Below, piece by piece: positions 47,892 through 58,753 of a stretch of DNA of 64,000 nt. The notes under the pieces were generated by a model, which was not told the origin of the DNA, searched no databases, and saw nothing but the letters and a program-made list of their open reading frames with translations. Position 1 is the stretch's first letter. Each line of letters opens with the position of its first letter. Both the position numbers and the translations under genes were made by a program. Source of the stretch: Arcobacteraceae bacterium (GTDB taxonomy: Bacteria > Campylobacterota > Campylobacteria > Campylobacterales > Arcobacteraceae); the NCBI GenBank assembly GCA_963662945.1, contig OY759974.1, positions 1,344,001 through 1,408,000 of the forward strand, read 5' to 3'.

Positions 47892-48506
47892 CTAACCACC
47901 AAAAGAACTTGTTGTTTTACTTCCACTAAAAAAACCAGTTTTTTTAGTAGTAGATGAAGTTTTTGCAGCATTTGTAGAAGATGCTTTATTGAAACTATCT
48001 ACACTTTTTGAGTAAGTAGATGGTGATTTATAGCTTGTTCTTCTTTGATTTTGATAGCTTTGATTATTAAAAAGCTTACTACCTATATAACTTCCTATAA
48101 TAGCCCCAGCAGCACTAGCTAATAATGTTTCCCCTAAACTCATTCCACCCATTCCATTAGGATTGGTAAGATTTGAAGTACCATTATCTATTTTTGCAGC
48201 TTCTTGTGCTACCAATGCATCTATCTCTTGTTTTGAGAGGATTCTCTCTTTTCCCTCTTCTCGTAAAACAATTGTAGTATTTGTACTTGGAAATTCATCT
48301 ACTATTTTATAATCACCTGTTGGTGTTTTTTCAATGATAACAAAAGCACCTTGTTTTTGACTAGCTTCTGCTATAGAACCATTTTGAGAGTTTTGTCCAT
48401 TTGAATTTTTATCTTCACAACCTGTAAAACTCGTAAGAAGAATAGCACCCATTCCTCCAACAATAGCATAATTAGATACTTTTTTTATAAAATATTTTTT
48501 TTGCAT
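47892..48506 (-). CDS. UPF0323-family lipoprotein
   Basis: Lipobox FTGC, KQGAFVII, SLGETLLASAAGAIIGSYIG, Ser/Thr/Gly-rich tail; adjacent to the Gsp synthase gene. Confidence 0.85.
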   Translation of the reverse strand: MQKKYFIKKVSNYAIVGGMGAILLTSFTGCEDKNSNGQNSQNGSIAEASQKQGAFVIIEKTPTGDYKIVDEFPSTNTTIVLREEGKERILSKQEIDALVAQEAAKIDNGTSNLTNPNGMGGMSLGETLLASAAGAIIGSYIGSKLFNNQSYQNQRRTSYKSPSTYSKSVDSFNKASSTNAAKTSSTTKKTGFFSGSKTTSSFGG

Positions 48507-48510
48507 GATA

Positions 48511-48864
48511 CTATTTTGCTAAAAAAGCTATTACTTTTTCTATTGGTCTTCCTATAACAGCACAATCCCCTTTTATAACAATAGGACGTTCTATGATTTT
48601 AGGAAACTTTATCATTGCTTGAATAAGTTCAGCATCTGTTTTATTTGGATTATCCAAATCTAATGTTTTGTATTCTTCCTCTTTTGGTCTCATCATTTCT
48701 CTTAAATTAGTAATGCTTAATTTGGTTACTAAATCTTGAATCATATCTTCTGTTATAGGTTGTTTTAAATACTCAAATATTTCATATTCACACATTTTTT
48801 CATCTAAAAGATTTTTTGAATCTCTGCTTTTCCCACATCTTGAGTTATGCCATATTTTTATCAT
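48511..48864 (-). CDS. arsC: arsenate reductase (ArsC/Spx family)
   Basis: HNSRCGKSR, IERPIV, IGRP. Confidence 0.85.
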   Translation of the reverse strand: MIKIWHNSRCGKSRDSKNLLDEKMCEYEIFEYLKQPITEDMIQDLVTKLSITNLREMMRPKEEEYKTLDLDNPNKTDAELIQAMIKFPKIIERPIVIKGDCAVIGRPIEKVIAFLAK

Positions 48865-48867
48865 TGA

Positions 48868-50274
48868 TTATTCCTGACCAAAATTTGCATTAATTGCAGT
48901 ATTAATTCTTTTGATTGTTTCATTTACACCTAAAATTGCCACTATATCATATACTGATGGTGCATTTGTTCCACCTGTTAATGAGATTCGAATAGGTTGA
49001 AATAGTTGTGGAAATTTTAATTGATTTTCTTCAATAAATGGTTTTGTAATAGCTTCTATATCAACAGGTGTATGAAGTTCTTTATTTGTTTCAAGTAGTT
49101 TACAATAAGAGTTTAACATATCAATAGTATCTTCTTTAATGAATTTTTTTACACCTTTTTCATCATAACTTGTTGGTATATCAAGTATATTTGCTATGGC
49201 ATCTTTTAATTCTATGAGTGTATTGGCTCTTTCTTTACAAAGATCGAGTATCATCTCTTTTTTATCATGTCCATGAATTTCGCAGCCATGAAATTTTAAA
49301 TCATTTGCTAATCTTGCATTAGATACATTTTTAATGTAGTGAGCGTTGAGCCATAAAAGTTTTTCTTCATTATATGCAGAAGCTGATTTATTGATATTAT
49401 GTGGATCAAAAAGTTCAAGCATCTCATCAATACTAAATATCTCTTGATCTCCATTTGACCAACCAAGTCTAACTAGGAAGTTTAAAAGTGCTTCAGGAAG
49501 AAATCCTAGTCTTTTGTATTCCATAACATCCATCGCACCATCTCTTTTTGAAAGTTTTTTTCCAGATGGATTGTTTATCATTGGAATATGGAAAAACTTT
49601 GGTATATCAAATCCAAGTGCCTTATAAACGACAATTTGTTTCGGAGTATTAGAAAGGTGATCATCTCCCCTTAAAACATCAGTCATTCCCATTAAAGCAT
49701 CGTCAACGGCAACAACAAAGTTATATGTTGGAGCACCATTACTTCTTGCTATTACGAAATCATCTACTTGAGTCGCATCAAATTTCATAGGACCTTTTAC
49801 TCCATCAACAAACTCTATAGTTCCAGTTGTAGGAGCTTTTATACGAATCACAGGTTCTATACCTTCTGGAATAGCAGGTAAAGTTTTTCCCTCTTCTGGA
49901 CGCCAAGTTCCATCATATCTTGGAGTCTCTTTATTTGCTTCTTGTTTTGCTCGCAAAGCATCTAAATCTTCACGACTCATATAACACTTATATGCATTTC
50001 CATTTTCTAAAAGTTTATCAATATATATTTTATATATATCGAATCTTTTTGATTGATACTCTATTTCACAATCACTTGGCATTCCAACCCACTCAAATGC
50101 TTCAAGTATTGCTTTTACTGCATCTTCGTTATTTCTTGCATTATCTGTATCTTCAATTCTAAGTTTAAATTCACCATTAGTTTTTTTAGCCCACAAATAA
50201 CTATATAGTGCTGTTCTTAACCCACCTATATGTAAATATCCTGTTGGACTAGGTGCAAATCTTGTAATTGCCAT
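48868..50274 (-). CDS. gltX: glutamate--tRNA ligase
   Basis: TRFAPSPTGYLHIGG, LRIEDTD, RGDDHLSNT, KLSKRDGA. Confidence 0.97.
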   Translation of the reverse strand: MAITRFAPSPTGYLHIGGLRTALYSYLWAKKTNGEFKLRIEDTDNARNNEDAVKAILEAFEWVGMPSDCEIEYQSKRFDIYKIYIDKLLENGNAYKCYMSREDLDALRAKQEANKETPRYDGTWRPEEGKTLPAIPEGIEPVIRIKAPTTGTIEFVDGVKGPMKFDATQVDDFVIARSNGAPTYNFVVAVDDALMGMTDVLRGDDHLSNTPKQIVVYKALGFDIPKFFHIPMINNPSGKKLSKRDGAMDVMEYKRLGFLPEALLNFLVRLGWSNGDQEIFSIDEMLELFDPHNINKSASAYNEEKLLWLNAHYIKNVSNARLANDLKFHGCEIHGHDKKEMILDLCKERANTLIELKDAIANILDIPTSYDEKGVKKFIKEDTIDMLNSYCKLLETNKELHTPVDIEAITKPFIEENQLKFPQLFQPIRISLTGGTNAPSVYDIVAILGVNETIKRINTAINANFGQE

Positions 50275-50409
50275 TGTTACCCTTTTGTTATAAATATTGC
50301 GTATTCTACCATACTAAATAACTTACTAACTTTAAACAAACAGTAAATTTTAGTTACTTAATTTTTTATATGATATAATCATCTAATGTTTTAAAATTAG
50401 GACTAATAT

Positions 50410-51126
50410 ATGGAACTTTTGAAAAACTTTTCTATTCTCTATATAGATAACGACAAAGAGCTTATCTCAAAAGCAGAACAAACGCTTAAAAATAAAATAA
50501 AAAATCTTTATATTGTAAATAATTTTAAAGATGCATTTCCCTCTTATAAAAAATTTAATCCAGATATTGTTATTGTAGATGTTTTAAGTGAAAAGGGAAT
50601 AAATTTTTGTAAAGAACTTAAAAGTATCTCTAATGAACAGGCAATTATTGTATTGACAGCTCAAAAAAACATTGTAATTCTTGAAGAGATTATAAATTTA
50701 GGGGTATCTAAGATTCTTTTTAAACCTATTTTAAAATTTGATAGATTATTTCAAGAGATTGAAGCCGTGTGCAAAATATTACAAAATAAATTAGATGCAA
50801 ATAATTTAAAACTTTTAAAATTAAAAGAAGAGAGAGAAGAGTTTTTATTAGGTGTAATAAAACAGATATCTCATCATTGGAAGCAACCTTTGAGTATTAT
50901 CTCAACACTTTCAAGCACTTGTAGTTATAAAAAAGAGATGGGTATAGAAACAAATATAGAAGAAGATGTAGAATCTGCAAAACTTATTACACGGAAAACA
51001 CAAGAGTTAGCAGCAATTTTAGAAGCCATAGATAATATAGATTATAAAAATATAACAATAGAGGAGATTGAACAACTTATAAAAGTGAGCAATCCCCTTT
51101 ATCCTAGAGAAAAAGAGAAAGTTTAA
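50410..51126 (+). CDS. receiver domain + HisKA-like helix protein lacking an ATPase domain
   Basis: REC (ILYIDND, VIVD, VLTA, FKP), then H-box ISHHWKQPLSIIS; ends about 80 aa later with no N/G boxes. Confidence 0.75.
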   Translation: MELLKNFSILYIDNDKELISKAEQTLKNKIKNLYIVNNFKDAFPSYKKFNPDIVIVDVLSEKGINFCKELKSISNEQAIIVLTAQKNIVILEEIINLGVSKILFKPILKFDRLFQEIEAVCKILQNKLDANNLKLLKLKEEREEFLLGVIKQISHHWKQPLSIISTLSSTCSYKKEMGIETNIEEDVESAKLITRKTQELAAILEAIDNIDYKNITIEEIEQLIKVSNPLYPREKEKV

Positions 51127-51821
51127 AAACCATTTGGATTAAATCCAAAGTCTTGATTAAATCCCATATCAAAATTTGCCATGTTTGGATCACTATATCC
51201 TAGCAGTGCTGATTTATTTCGTAACATCATAATATCATTTTTAATATCAATATGCTCTGGACACACCATATTACAGTTTCCACATAAAGTACAATCCCAA
51301 ATACCGTTTGTTTGTACCCTATCAATTTTATTGTTTATAGTAGCTTCTTTTTTATCATTTACATATCTATACGCACGCGTTAGGGCAAATGGACCAATAA
51401 AATCTTTATTGACTTCATAAACAGGACATGAACTGTAACAACTGTTACATAATATACAATTACTTTGCAAATCTATGTTTTTTTCATCTTGTGTAGTAAC
51501 AATAACATCACCTTTTTCTTCAAGATGTGCACATGCCATATTTAAAGATACTTTTTGATTTGATAAATCAACAACTAGATCTTTAATAACGGCTGTATTT
51601 TTAAGTGGTTCAATAACATCACCATCTTTAAAAGTTGTTTTACAAGCTAGCTTTTCTACCCCATTTACTCGCACTGCACAACTTCCACAGACCCCACTTC
51701 TACAGCCACTTCTATATGCTAAAGTATTATTTTGAGTAGTTTTGATAAGGTGAAGTATTTTTAAAAGATTATCTTCTTTTTCAAGAGTATATTGTTTGTT
51801 ACATATTGTTAAAGAGATCAT
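51123..51821 (-). CDS. succinate dehydrogenase/fumarate reductase Fe-S subunit (second copy)
   Basis: CRSGVCGSC..C [2Fe-2S]; CILCNSCYSSCP; CTLCGNCNMVCP. Confidence 0.9.
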   Translation of the reverse strand: MISLTICNKQYTLEKEDNLLKILHLIKTTQNNTLAYRSGCRSGVCGSCAVRVNGVEKLACKTTFKDGDVIEPLKNTAVIKDLVVDLSNQKVSLNMACAHLEEKGDVIVTTQDEKNIDLQSNCILCNSCYSSCPVYEVNKDFIGPFALTRAYRYVNDKKEATINNKIDRVQTNGIWDCTLCGNCNMVCPEHIDIKNDIMMLRNKSALLGYSDPNMANFDMGFNQDFGFNPNGF

Positions 51822-53422
51822 TATACTAACTCCACTTTATAATCATTGCCTATTTTTACAATCACACTATCTTTTGCAAATTCATTATTTTCATTTGGAT
51901 AATCACTTCTATAATGAGCACCTCGACTCTCACATCTATTAAGGGCTGATAATACGATAGTATCTCCTAGTTCTAGCATATTTAAAAATTCTATATATTC
52001 TTTGAGATTAGTATTGTAAATTTTACTTTTATCAGTTATTCCCATTAGTTCTTTTTGTGTTCTATATATCTCTATTTGCTCAAGTGCTTTATCTAAACTT
52101 TGTTTATCTCTAAAAAGTCCAACATTACTGTAAAATAGAGCCCCCAAATCTTTTTTTATAGCATAAAAGTCAACTTCATTAGGGCTTGAAAAAATATTTT
52201 CTATAAAGTTTATATCAAGTTGTAATTGGGGTGATTTTATCTCTTCATCAAGTTGTATTGTCCTTGATTTTTCACTTACAATTTTACCAACATATCTTCC
52301 AAAAGTTACAATTTCAAGCAATGAATTTCCACCAAGTCTATTTGCACCATGAACTCCATTTGAGGAACATTCTCCAACTGCATAAAGATTTTTGATATTT
52401 GTTTCACAATTTATATTTGTTTTAATTCCACCCATAGTATAGTGAGCAGCAGGTTTAATTGGTATCAAATCAAAATCAAGTTTTAATCCACCAAATTGTA
52501 AAGCTAAATCATACTCTTGAGGCATAGTTTCTTTTATTTTTTCTAAACCAAGATGTCGTAAATCTAAAAATACTTCATTCCCAGCTTTGATTTTTTCGTC
52601 AATTGCACGTGCTACGACATCTCTTGGGGCTAATTCATCAACAAATCGTTTTTCATCTTGAGTTACAAGATATCCACCTTCTCCTCTTGCACTTTCACTT
52701 AAAAGTATAGAATTTGCTTTTAAAGTAGTTGGATGAAATTGGATATATTCCATATTTGAAATAGCAACATTTGCTCTTAATGCAGCTGCAATAGCATCTC
52801 CAGTAGAAGCATTGGAGTTTGTAGTATATCCTTCGTAAATCGCACCATATCCACCACTAGCTACTATAACAGACTTAGCAAGTATTTGTTTTACTTCACA
52901 AGTTTTTATATCAAGAGTAGTAATCCCTTTAATTGTATTCTCTTCAATAATGAAGTTTAAAAGCATTGTTTCATTTAAAAATTCAATATTTTCTTTTAAA
53001 CAGTTATCATAAAGAGTATGCAATATTTTAAGACCAGTGTAATCACTACTAAAACAAGCCCGTGGATAAGAAGCCCCACCTAATTTTCTTTGAGCTATAG
53101 CGTTGTCTTTATCTCTACTAAAAGGGACACCTATATTATCAAGCCATTGAATAGTTTCATTTGCTTTTTCACACATAAACTTTATAGTATCAACATCTCC
53201 AATATGATGTGCTGATTTAATAGTGTCTTTAATATGAGAATTTATGCTATCTTGTGAGTTTTCTTTTGTTAAAACACCATTTATTCCACCTTGTGCTTGA
53301 CAAGTTTGTGATTGAGTTGGGTATGTTTTTGATACAACTAAAACATTACTACCATTTTTTTTGGCTTCGAGTGCAGCACTTAAACCTGCTCCCCCACTAC
53401 CTATTATAAGTACATCTATCAT
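51821..53422 (-). CDS. succinate dehydrogenase/fumarate reductase flavoprotein (second copy)
   Basis: IGSGGAGL, QAQGGI, QFHPT, SESARGEGG, LAPRDVVAR, HYTMGG, HGANRLGGNSL, ESRGAHYRSDYP; start placed at ATG 53422. Confidence 0.9.
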   Translation of the reverse strand: MIDVLIIGSGGAGLSAALEAKKNGSNVLVVSKTYPTQSQTCQAQGGINGVLTKENSQDSINSHIKDTIKSAHHIGDVDTIKFMCEKANETIQWLDNIGVPFSRDKDNAIAQRKLGGASYPRACFSSDYTGLKILHTLYDNCLKENIEFLNETMLLNFIIEENTIKGITTLDIKTCEVKQILAKSVIVASGGYGAIYEGYTTNSNASTGDAIAAALRANVAISNMEYIQFHPTTLKANSILLSESARGEGGYLVTQDEKRFVDELAPRDVVARAIDEKIKAGNEVFLDLRHLGLEKIKETMPQEYDLALQFGGLKLDFDLIPIKPAAHYTMGGIKTNINCETNIKNLYAVGECSSNGVHGANRLGGNSLLEIVTFGRYVGKIVSEKSRTIQLDEEIKSPQLQLDINFIENIFSSPNEVDFYAIKKDLGALFYSNVGLFRDKQSLDKALEQIEIYRTQKELMGITDKSKIYNTNLKEYIEFLNMLELGDTIVLSALNRCESRGAHYRSDYPNENNEFAKDSVIVKIGNDYKVELV

Positions 53423-53424
53423 TT

Positions 53425-54117
53425 TTAATCCCAAAATTCTTTGAGTTCTCTCTCTTTTTTTAATTTTTCTTCTTCAATGTGTTGTTTAATTTGTAACTCT
53501 TCTTCATCTTCTTTTTGCAATTCTTGTTCCTGTTGAGCTAAAAGTTCAGCTCTTTCTTTTCTTGCTTGAAGAATTTTTGCTCTTATTTTTTCTTGAGCCT
53601 CTTTTTTCATATCATCATTAAAGTTCATTCCTTCAATTGTTAAAAAAGCATTACTAATCTCTTCCTCTTCAGTAAGTTCAATAGGTGAAGTTTCTTCTGC
53701 TTCAGATATAATTTCTTGTGATGGAATTGTTTCTCCCTCAAAAGGTTCTGGTATAAACTGTGTTTCTTCTATTTTTTCTATTACAGTTGATTCTACTTTA
53801 TTCTCAACTTTTTCTACATTATTTGGTACAACTTTAGATACAACTTCTAATGCAACTTTAGATTTGTTTTTTTTCTCTTTGTGTTTTACTTTTTTAGGTA
53901 CTGCATTTCCTTGAAGTTGTTGTTTTAGTTCTTCAAATTCTGCCATTATTTTTTCATATTTTTCAAAGTCCATTAAAAGAAAACTTGGTTTACCATCTCT
54001 TAATATAATAGCTTTTTCTATCTCTTCTTCAACAATTTTATCAAAAATCATTTTGCTTTTTCGAATCAATTCTGTAGCCGAGAACATCTCATTTGATTTA
54101 TAAAGTAATAAACCCAT
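53425..54117 (-). CDS. protein with Phd/YefM-like N-terminal domain and long charged C-terminal region
   Basis: FSATELIRKSKMIFDKI..KAIILRDGKPSFLLMDFEKYE resembles Phd/YefM; Glu/Lys-rich coiled-coil tail; AGGAG SD. Confidence 0.65.
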   Translation of the reverse strand: MGLLLYKSNEMFSATELIRKSKMIFDKIVEEEIEKAIILRDGKPSFLLMDFEKYEKIMAEFEELKQQLQGNAVPKKVKHKEKKNKSKVALEVVSKVVPNNVEKVENKVESTVIEKIEETQFIPEPFEGETIPSQEIISEAEETSPIELTEEEEISNAFLTIEGMNFNDDMKKEAQEKIRAKILQARKERAELLAQQEQELQKEDEEELQIKQHIEEEKLKKERELKEFWD

Positions 54118-54178
54118 TGCAAACTCCTATATGTAAAGTTATATGTATTATATCACAAATATTACAACATATAAAAAT

Positions 54179-55108
54179 TTAATTTAAAAAACTTTTTATA
54201 TTTTCTTCTATACCATTTAGTAATCGTACTCGAGCTTCTTTTGATGCCCAAGCAATATGAGGTGTAATAAGTATTCTATCTTTATCTCTAATAGCTAAAA
54301 GAGGATTTGTAGGTTCGATTGGTTCTTTCGTGACAACATCTGTACCATAGTAAATATCTTGACCATTATCTATAGCTTCACTTATATCTGTTTCGTTGAC
54401 AATACCGCCACGTCCTAAGTTAAGTAAAATAGTTCCTGCTTTTATAGTAGGTATATTATTTTTGTTTATGAGATTTAATGTTTGTTCATTTAATGCAGAA
54501 TGTATTGAGATAATATCTGAGGTTTGAAGGAGTTCTTCTAAAGTTACTTGTTTATATTGTGTATTGTTATTGTTTCCGCTCGTTGAAAAATATTGTACAT
54601 CACAGCCAAATGAATCAGCAACTTTTGCTACCCCGCAGCCAATATTACCAAGTCCTATAATCCCCCACTTTTTTTTATCTAGTTCATAAAAAGGATGACT
54701 TAAATTTGTAAATATATTACTATATTTCCAGCTATATTTACCATATAAGTCATAATAGTTGATTTTTTGTACGAATTGTAATGCGAATGTAAATGTGAGT
54801 TGTACTACGCTTGAAGTAGAATATCCTACAACATTTTTTACTATAATACCTTTTTCTTTTGCTAATTTTAAATCAATATTATTCATGCCTGTTGCAGCCA
54901 CACAGATAAGCTTTATATTAGAGTTATTTATTATATCTTTATCTATTATGACTTTATTAGTTACAACTATATCTACATTTTGAACTCTACGAAGAGTTTC
55001 GTCTGGAGACGTTGTATCATAACTGATAATTGTACCTAGCTTATTGAATTGCTCTAAATTTATATCTTCACCTAAAGTTTTTCTATCCAAAAATACTATT
55101 GTCATCAC
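54179..55108 (-). CDS. D-2-hydroxyacid dehydrogenase
   Basis: VAATGMNNID, GIIGLGNIG, LNLGRGGIVNE, TPHIAWAS. Confidence 0.92.
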   Translation of the reverse strand: MMTIVFLDRKTLGEDINLEQFNKLGTIISYDTTSPDETLRRVQNVDIVVTNKVIIDKDIINNSNIKLICVAATGMNNIDLKLAKEKGIIVKNVVGYSTSSVVQLTFTFALQFVQKINYYDLYGKYSWKYSNIFTNLSHPFYELDKKKWGIIGLGNIGCGVAKVADSFGCDVQYFSTSGNNNNTQYKQVTLEELLQTSDIISIHSALNEQTLNLINKNNIPTIKAGTILLNLGRGGIVNETDISEAIDNGQDIYYGTDVVTKEPIEPTNPLLAIRDKDRILITPHIAWASKEARVRLLNGIEENIKSFLN

Positions 55109-55187
55109 TAACCTTTTTTTTCTTATTAGGGTATCAAAAATAGGTTTAATTTGTTATAATAAAAACTTTAAAATCCAAAGGAAATAG

Positions 55188-55967
55188 ATGGAACAAAATA
55201 AAAATATTGAACATATAATAGAAGGAATAGTTGATAAAAAAGTTGATGGTAAAAAAAGTAATATACCAGCAAAACTTGATTTTTATCAAAGTGCAACAGG
55301 ATTAATACTTGCAATATTTGTGAAATTTCATCTTATTTTTGTTTCTTCAATTTTAATAAGTAAAGATTTTATGCATAGTGTTGATAAATTTTTATCAGGA
55401 AGTACATTTATTGAAGGTGGGCATCCTGCATTTGTCGTAGGGGCTGCATTTATATTATTTATTGTATTGTTTGTTCATGCTCTTATGGCAATAAGAAAAT
55501 TTCCAAACTCTTATAGACAATATAGAAATTTTACTTCACATACACAAATGTTTCCTCATGGAGATACTAAACTTTGGGGAGTTCAGATACTTACTGGATT
55601 TATATTATTCTTCTTTGTTTCTATGCATTTATATCAAATGATGAGTGAACCATCCAATATTGGTCCATATTTAAGCTCAGATAGAATTTGGTCAGATAGT
55701 GCTTGGGTTATGTATATTATTTTACTTGTTGCTGTTGAGTTACATGCAACGATTGGATTATATCGATTAGTTGTAAAATGGGGTTGGTTTGCAAATAAAA
55801 GTTATAAAGCTACACGTGAAAAATTGAAATTAATCAGAAATAGTATTATTGCATTTTATTTAATATTAGGAACTTTATCACTTGGGGCTTATATGAAAAT
55901 AGGATATGAACATCAAAATAATTATGGTGAGAAATATATTCCAACACATACTAAGGTTTCAAAATGA
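55188..55967 (+). CDS. frdC: quinol:fumarate reductase diheme cytochrome b subunit
   Basis: [10 protein letters not shown], four heme His (KFHL, FVHA, SMHL, ELHA), [12 protein letters not shown]. Confidence 0.93.
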   Translation: MEQNKNIEHIIEGIVDKKVDGKKSNIPAKLDFYQSATGLILAIFVKFHLIFVSSILISKDFMHSVDKFLSGSTFIEGGHPAFVVGAAFILFIVLFVHALMAIRKFPNSYRQYRNFTSHTQMFPHGDTKLWGVQILTGFILFFFVSMHLYQMMSEPSNIGPYLSSDRIWSDSAWVMYIILLVAVELHATIGLYRLVVKWGWFANKSYKATREKLKLIRNSIIAFYLILGTLSLGAYMKIGYEHQNNYGEKYIPTHTKVSK

Positions 55968-57961
55968 AAATATATTATACAGATACATTAGTTATTGGTG
56001 GTGGATTAGCTGGATTAAGAGTTGCTATTGCTACACAGCAAGCAGGGCATAAAACAACAGTATTATCTTTAATTCCAGTAAAACGATCTCACAGTGCAGC
56101 TGCACAAGGTGGAATGCAAGCAAGTCTTGGAAACTCTGTTATGAGTAAAGGAGATAATGAAGATATTCACTTTGAAGATACAGTCAAAGGAAGTGACTGG
56201 GGATGTGACCAAAAAGTTGCTCGGATGTTTACTCATGTAGCACCAAAGGCTATTCGAGAACTTACTGCTTGGGGAGTTCCTTGGACTAGGATACGAAAAG
56301 GTGTGAAAAATGTTGTAATAAATTCTGAACATACAACAATTACAGAAGATGAAAATGTTCATGGTCTTATAGCTTCAAGAGATTTTGGTGGTACAAAAAA
56401 GTGGCGTACTTGTTATACAGCAGATGCCACAGGACACTCTATGCTTTTTGCAGTTGCAAATGAAGCTATAAAAAACAATGTAAATATATTAGAGAAAAAA
56501 GAAGCTGTAAAATTAATCTATAAAGATAATATTTGTTATGGTGCGGTAGTAAAAGATCTCATGGATGGAAAAATATCAGCATATCTAGCAAAAGCAACAG
56601 TGATAGCAACTGGTGGATATGGAAGAATTTATGAACATACAACAAATGCAGTTATTTGTGAGGGAACTGGAGCAGCATTAGCTTTAGAAACAGGAATAGC
56701 CAAATTAGCAAATATGGAAGCTGTACAGTTTCATCCAACAGGATTAGTACCAAATGGTATTTTGATGACAGAAGGTTGTAGAGGTGATGGGGGAGTTCTA
56801 AGAGATGTAGATGGATATAGATTTATGCCTGATTATGAACCTGAGAAAAAAGAGTTGGCTAGTAGAGATGTTGTAAGTAGAAGGATGACAGAACATATAC
56901 GAAAGGGTAAAGGGGTACCATCACCTTATGGTGACCATCTCTGGCTAGATATCTCTATCTTAGGACGAGAACATATAGAAAAAAATCTTCGAGATATGCA
57001 AGATATCTGTATGAGCTTTTTAGGAATTGACCCAGCTGATGAGGGAGTGTGGATTCCTGTTCGACCAATGCAACATTATTCTATGGGTGGTATTAAAGTT
57101 GATGAAACAGGGCAATCGCCACATTTAAAGGGACTTTTCTCATGTGGAGAAGCTGCTTGTTGGGATCTTCACGGTTTTAATCGACTTGGAGGAAATAGTG
57201 TAGCTGAAACAGTTGTTTCAGGTATGATTGTTGGAGAGTATGTTTCTCAATATTGTTTTAACACACATATAGAGTTTGATACAAAGATTGCTAGTGATTT
57301 TATGAAGGCATTTGATGAAGAGCAAGATAGGATTTTACGAAATGTTTGTGATATAACAGTGAAACAAAATGACAAAAGTATTTATGATATCCGAGATAAA
57401 ATGAAAAAAATCATGATGGATAAAGTTGGTATTTTTAGAACAGGTAGTGAACTACAAAGTGCATATGAAGAATTACAAGAACTTTTAAAACAAAGTGATG
57501 GAGTGTATATACGAACAAACACAAAATCAGCAAATCCAGGTCTGATAGATACTTTAAGAGTGAAAAAGATGTTAAAACTAGCTATTTGTATCACAAAAGG
57601 TGCCCTTGATAGATGTGAGAGTCGTGGGGCACATACTAGAGAAGATTATCCAAAAAGAGATGATTTAAATTGGTTAAAAAGAACACTTACTTCTTGGAAA
57701 GAAGGAAGTTATGAACCTATTGTTGAATATGAAGATTTAGATATTATGAGTATGGAGTTACCACCTGGATTTAGGGGTTATGGAAAAAAAGGTAATATTA
57801 TTGAGCATCCAGATTCACAAAAAAGATTAGAAGAGATAGAAAATTTAAAAAAAGAAAATCCCTCTTTTGATAGATTTACAATACAAAATAATCTTATGCC
57901 ATATGATTTACCAGCTAAATACCAAGAGAAAAATGAAAGAGTAGGAATAGGGTATGAATAA
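55964..57961 (+). CDS. frdA: quinol:fumarate reductase flavoprotein
   Basis: [13 protein letters not shown] (covalent-FAD His), [35 protein letters not shown]. Confidence 0.95.
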   Translation: MKIYYTDTLVIGGGLAGLRVAIATQQAGHKTTVLSLIPVKRSHSAAAQGGMQASLGNSVMSKGDNEDIHFEDTVKGSDWGCDQKVARMFTHVAPKAIRELTAWGVPWTRIRKGVKNVVINSEHTTITEDENVHGLIASRDFGGTKKWRTCYTADATGHSMLFAVANEAIKNNVNILEKKEAVKLIYKDNICYGAVVKDLMDGKISAYLAKATVIATGGYGRIYEHTTNAVICEGTGAALALETGIAKLANMEAVQFHPTGLVPNGILMTEGCRGDGGVLRDVDGYRFMPDYEPEKKELASRDVVSRRMTEHIRKGKGVPSPYGDHLWLDISILGREHIEKNLRDMQDICMSFLGIDPADEGVWIPVRPMQHYSMGGIKVDETGQSPHLKGLFSCGEAACWDLHGFNRLGGNSVAETVVSGMIVGEYVSQYCFNTHIEFDTKIASDFMKAFDEEQDRILRNVCDITVKQNDKSIYDIRDKMKKIMMDKVGIFRTGSELQSAYEELQELLKQSDGVYIRTNTKSANPGLIDTLRVKKMLKLAICITKGALDRCESRGAHTREDYPKRDDLNWLKRTLTSWKEGSYEPIVEYEDLDIMSMELPPGFRGYGKKGNIIEHPDSQKRLEEIENLKKENPSFDRFTIQNNLMPYDLPAKYQEKNERVGIGYE

Positions 57962-58688
57962 TCAATTAAAACCAAGAATTTTAAAACTACATGTTTTTAA
58001 ATACAATCCATTAGATTGTAATGATAGACCAAAACTAAAAACTTATGAGATAGAAGAAACACCAGGGATGACTATCTTTGTTGCATTAAATTTTATAAGA
58101 GATAGACTTGATCATACTTTACAGTTTGATTTCGTCTGTAGGGCTGGAATATGTGGAAGTTGTGCTATGGTTATCAATGGAACACCAACATTGGCTTGTA
58201 GAACATTAACAGCTTCTTTTGAAAATGGCGAAATCACACTATTGCCTTTGCCTATTTTTGAGCTTATTGGTGACCTTTCAATCAACACAGCAAAATGGAT
58301 GAACGATATGTCAAAAGATGTAAAAAGTTGGATTCATACACAAGAAGAAACAAATATAAACAGTATAGAAAAACCCATGGATCCTGATATAGCAGATGAG
58401 GTATTTGAACTTGATCGTTGTATAGAGTGTGGTTGTTGTGTAGCAGCTTGTGGTACTAAAAGAATGAGACCAAAATTTAAAGGAGCAGTTGCTTTAAATA
58501 GAGTTGCTAGATATGTACTTGATCCAAGAGATGAAAGAACTATAGAAGATATGTATGAAATAATTGGAGATGATGAGGGTGTATTTGGATGTATGAGTTT
58601 ACTTGGTTGTGATGATACTTGTCCAAAACATTTACCTTTACAAACAAAGATAGCTTATTTACGAAGAAAGATGGTTCAACTTAAATAG
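57954..58688 (+). CDS. frdB: quinol:fumarate reductase Fe-S subunit
   Basis: [32 protein letters not shown]. Confidence 0.95.
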   Translation: MNNQLKPRILKLHVFKYNPLDCNDRPKLKTYEIEETPGMTIFVALNFIRDRLDHTLQFDFVCRAGICGSCAMVINGTPTLACRTLTASFENGEITLLPLPIFELIGDLSINTAKWMNDMSKDVKSWIHTQEETNINSIEKPMDPDIADEVFELDRCIECGCCVAACGTKRMRPKFKGAVALNRVARYVLDPRDERTIEDMYEIIGDDEGVFGCMSLLGCDDTCPKHLPLQTKIAYLRRKMVQLK

Positions 58689-58753
58689 TTTGTATTAACG
58701 AACTTTATGTTAGAATCATCAAAATAATTTTACAAATAAAAAAAGGGATAAAT

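Noticed and set aside
51821-53422. L-aspartate oxidase (nadB) call for the second flavoprotein
   Set aside because: It is translationally coupled to an SdhB/FrdB-type Fe-S gene and no nadA/nadC is adjacent
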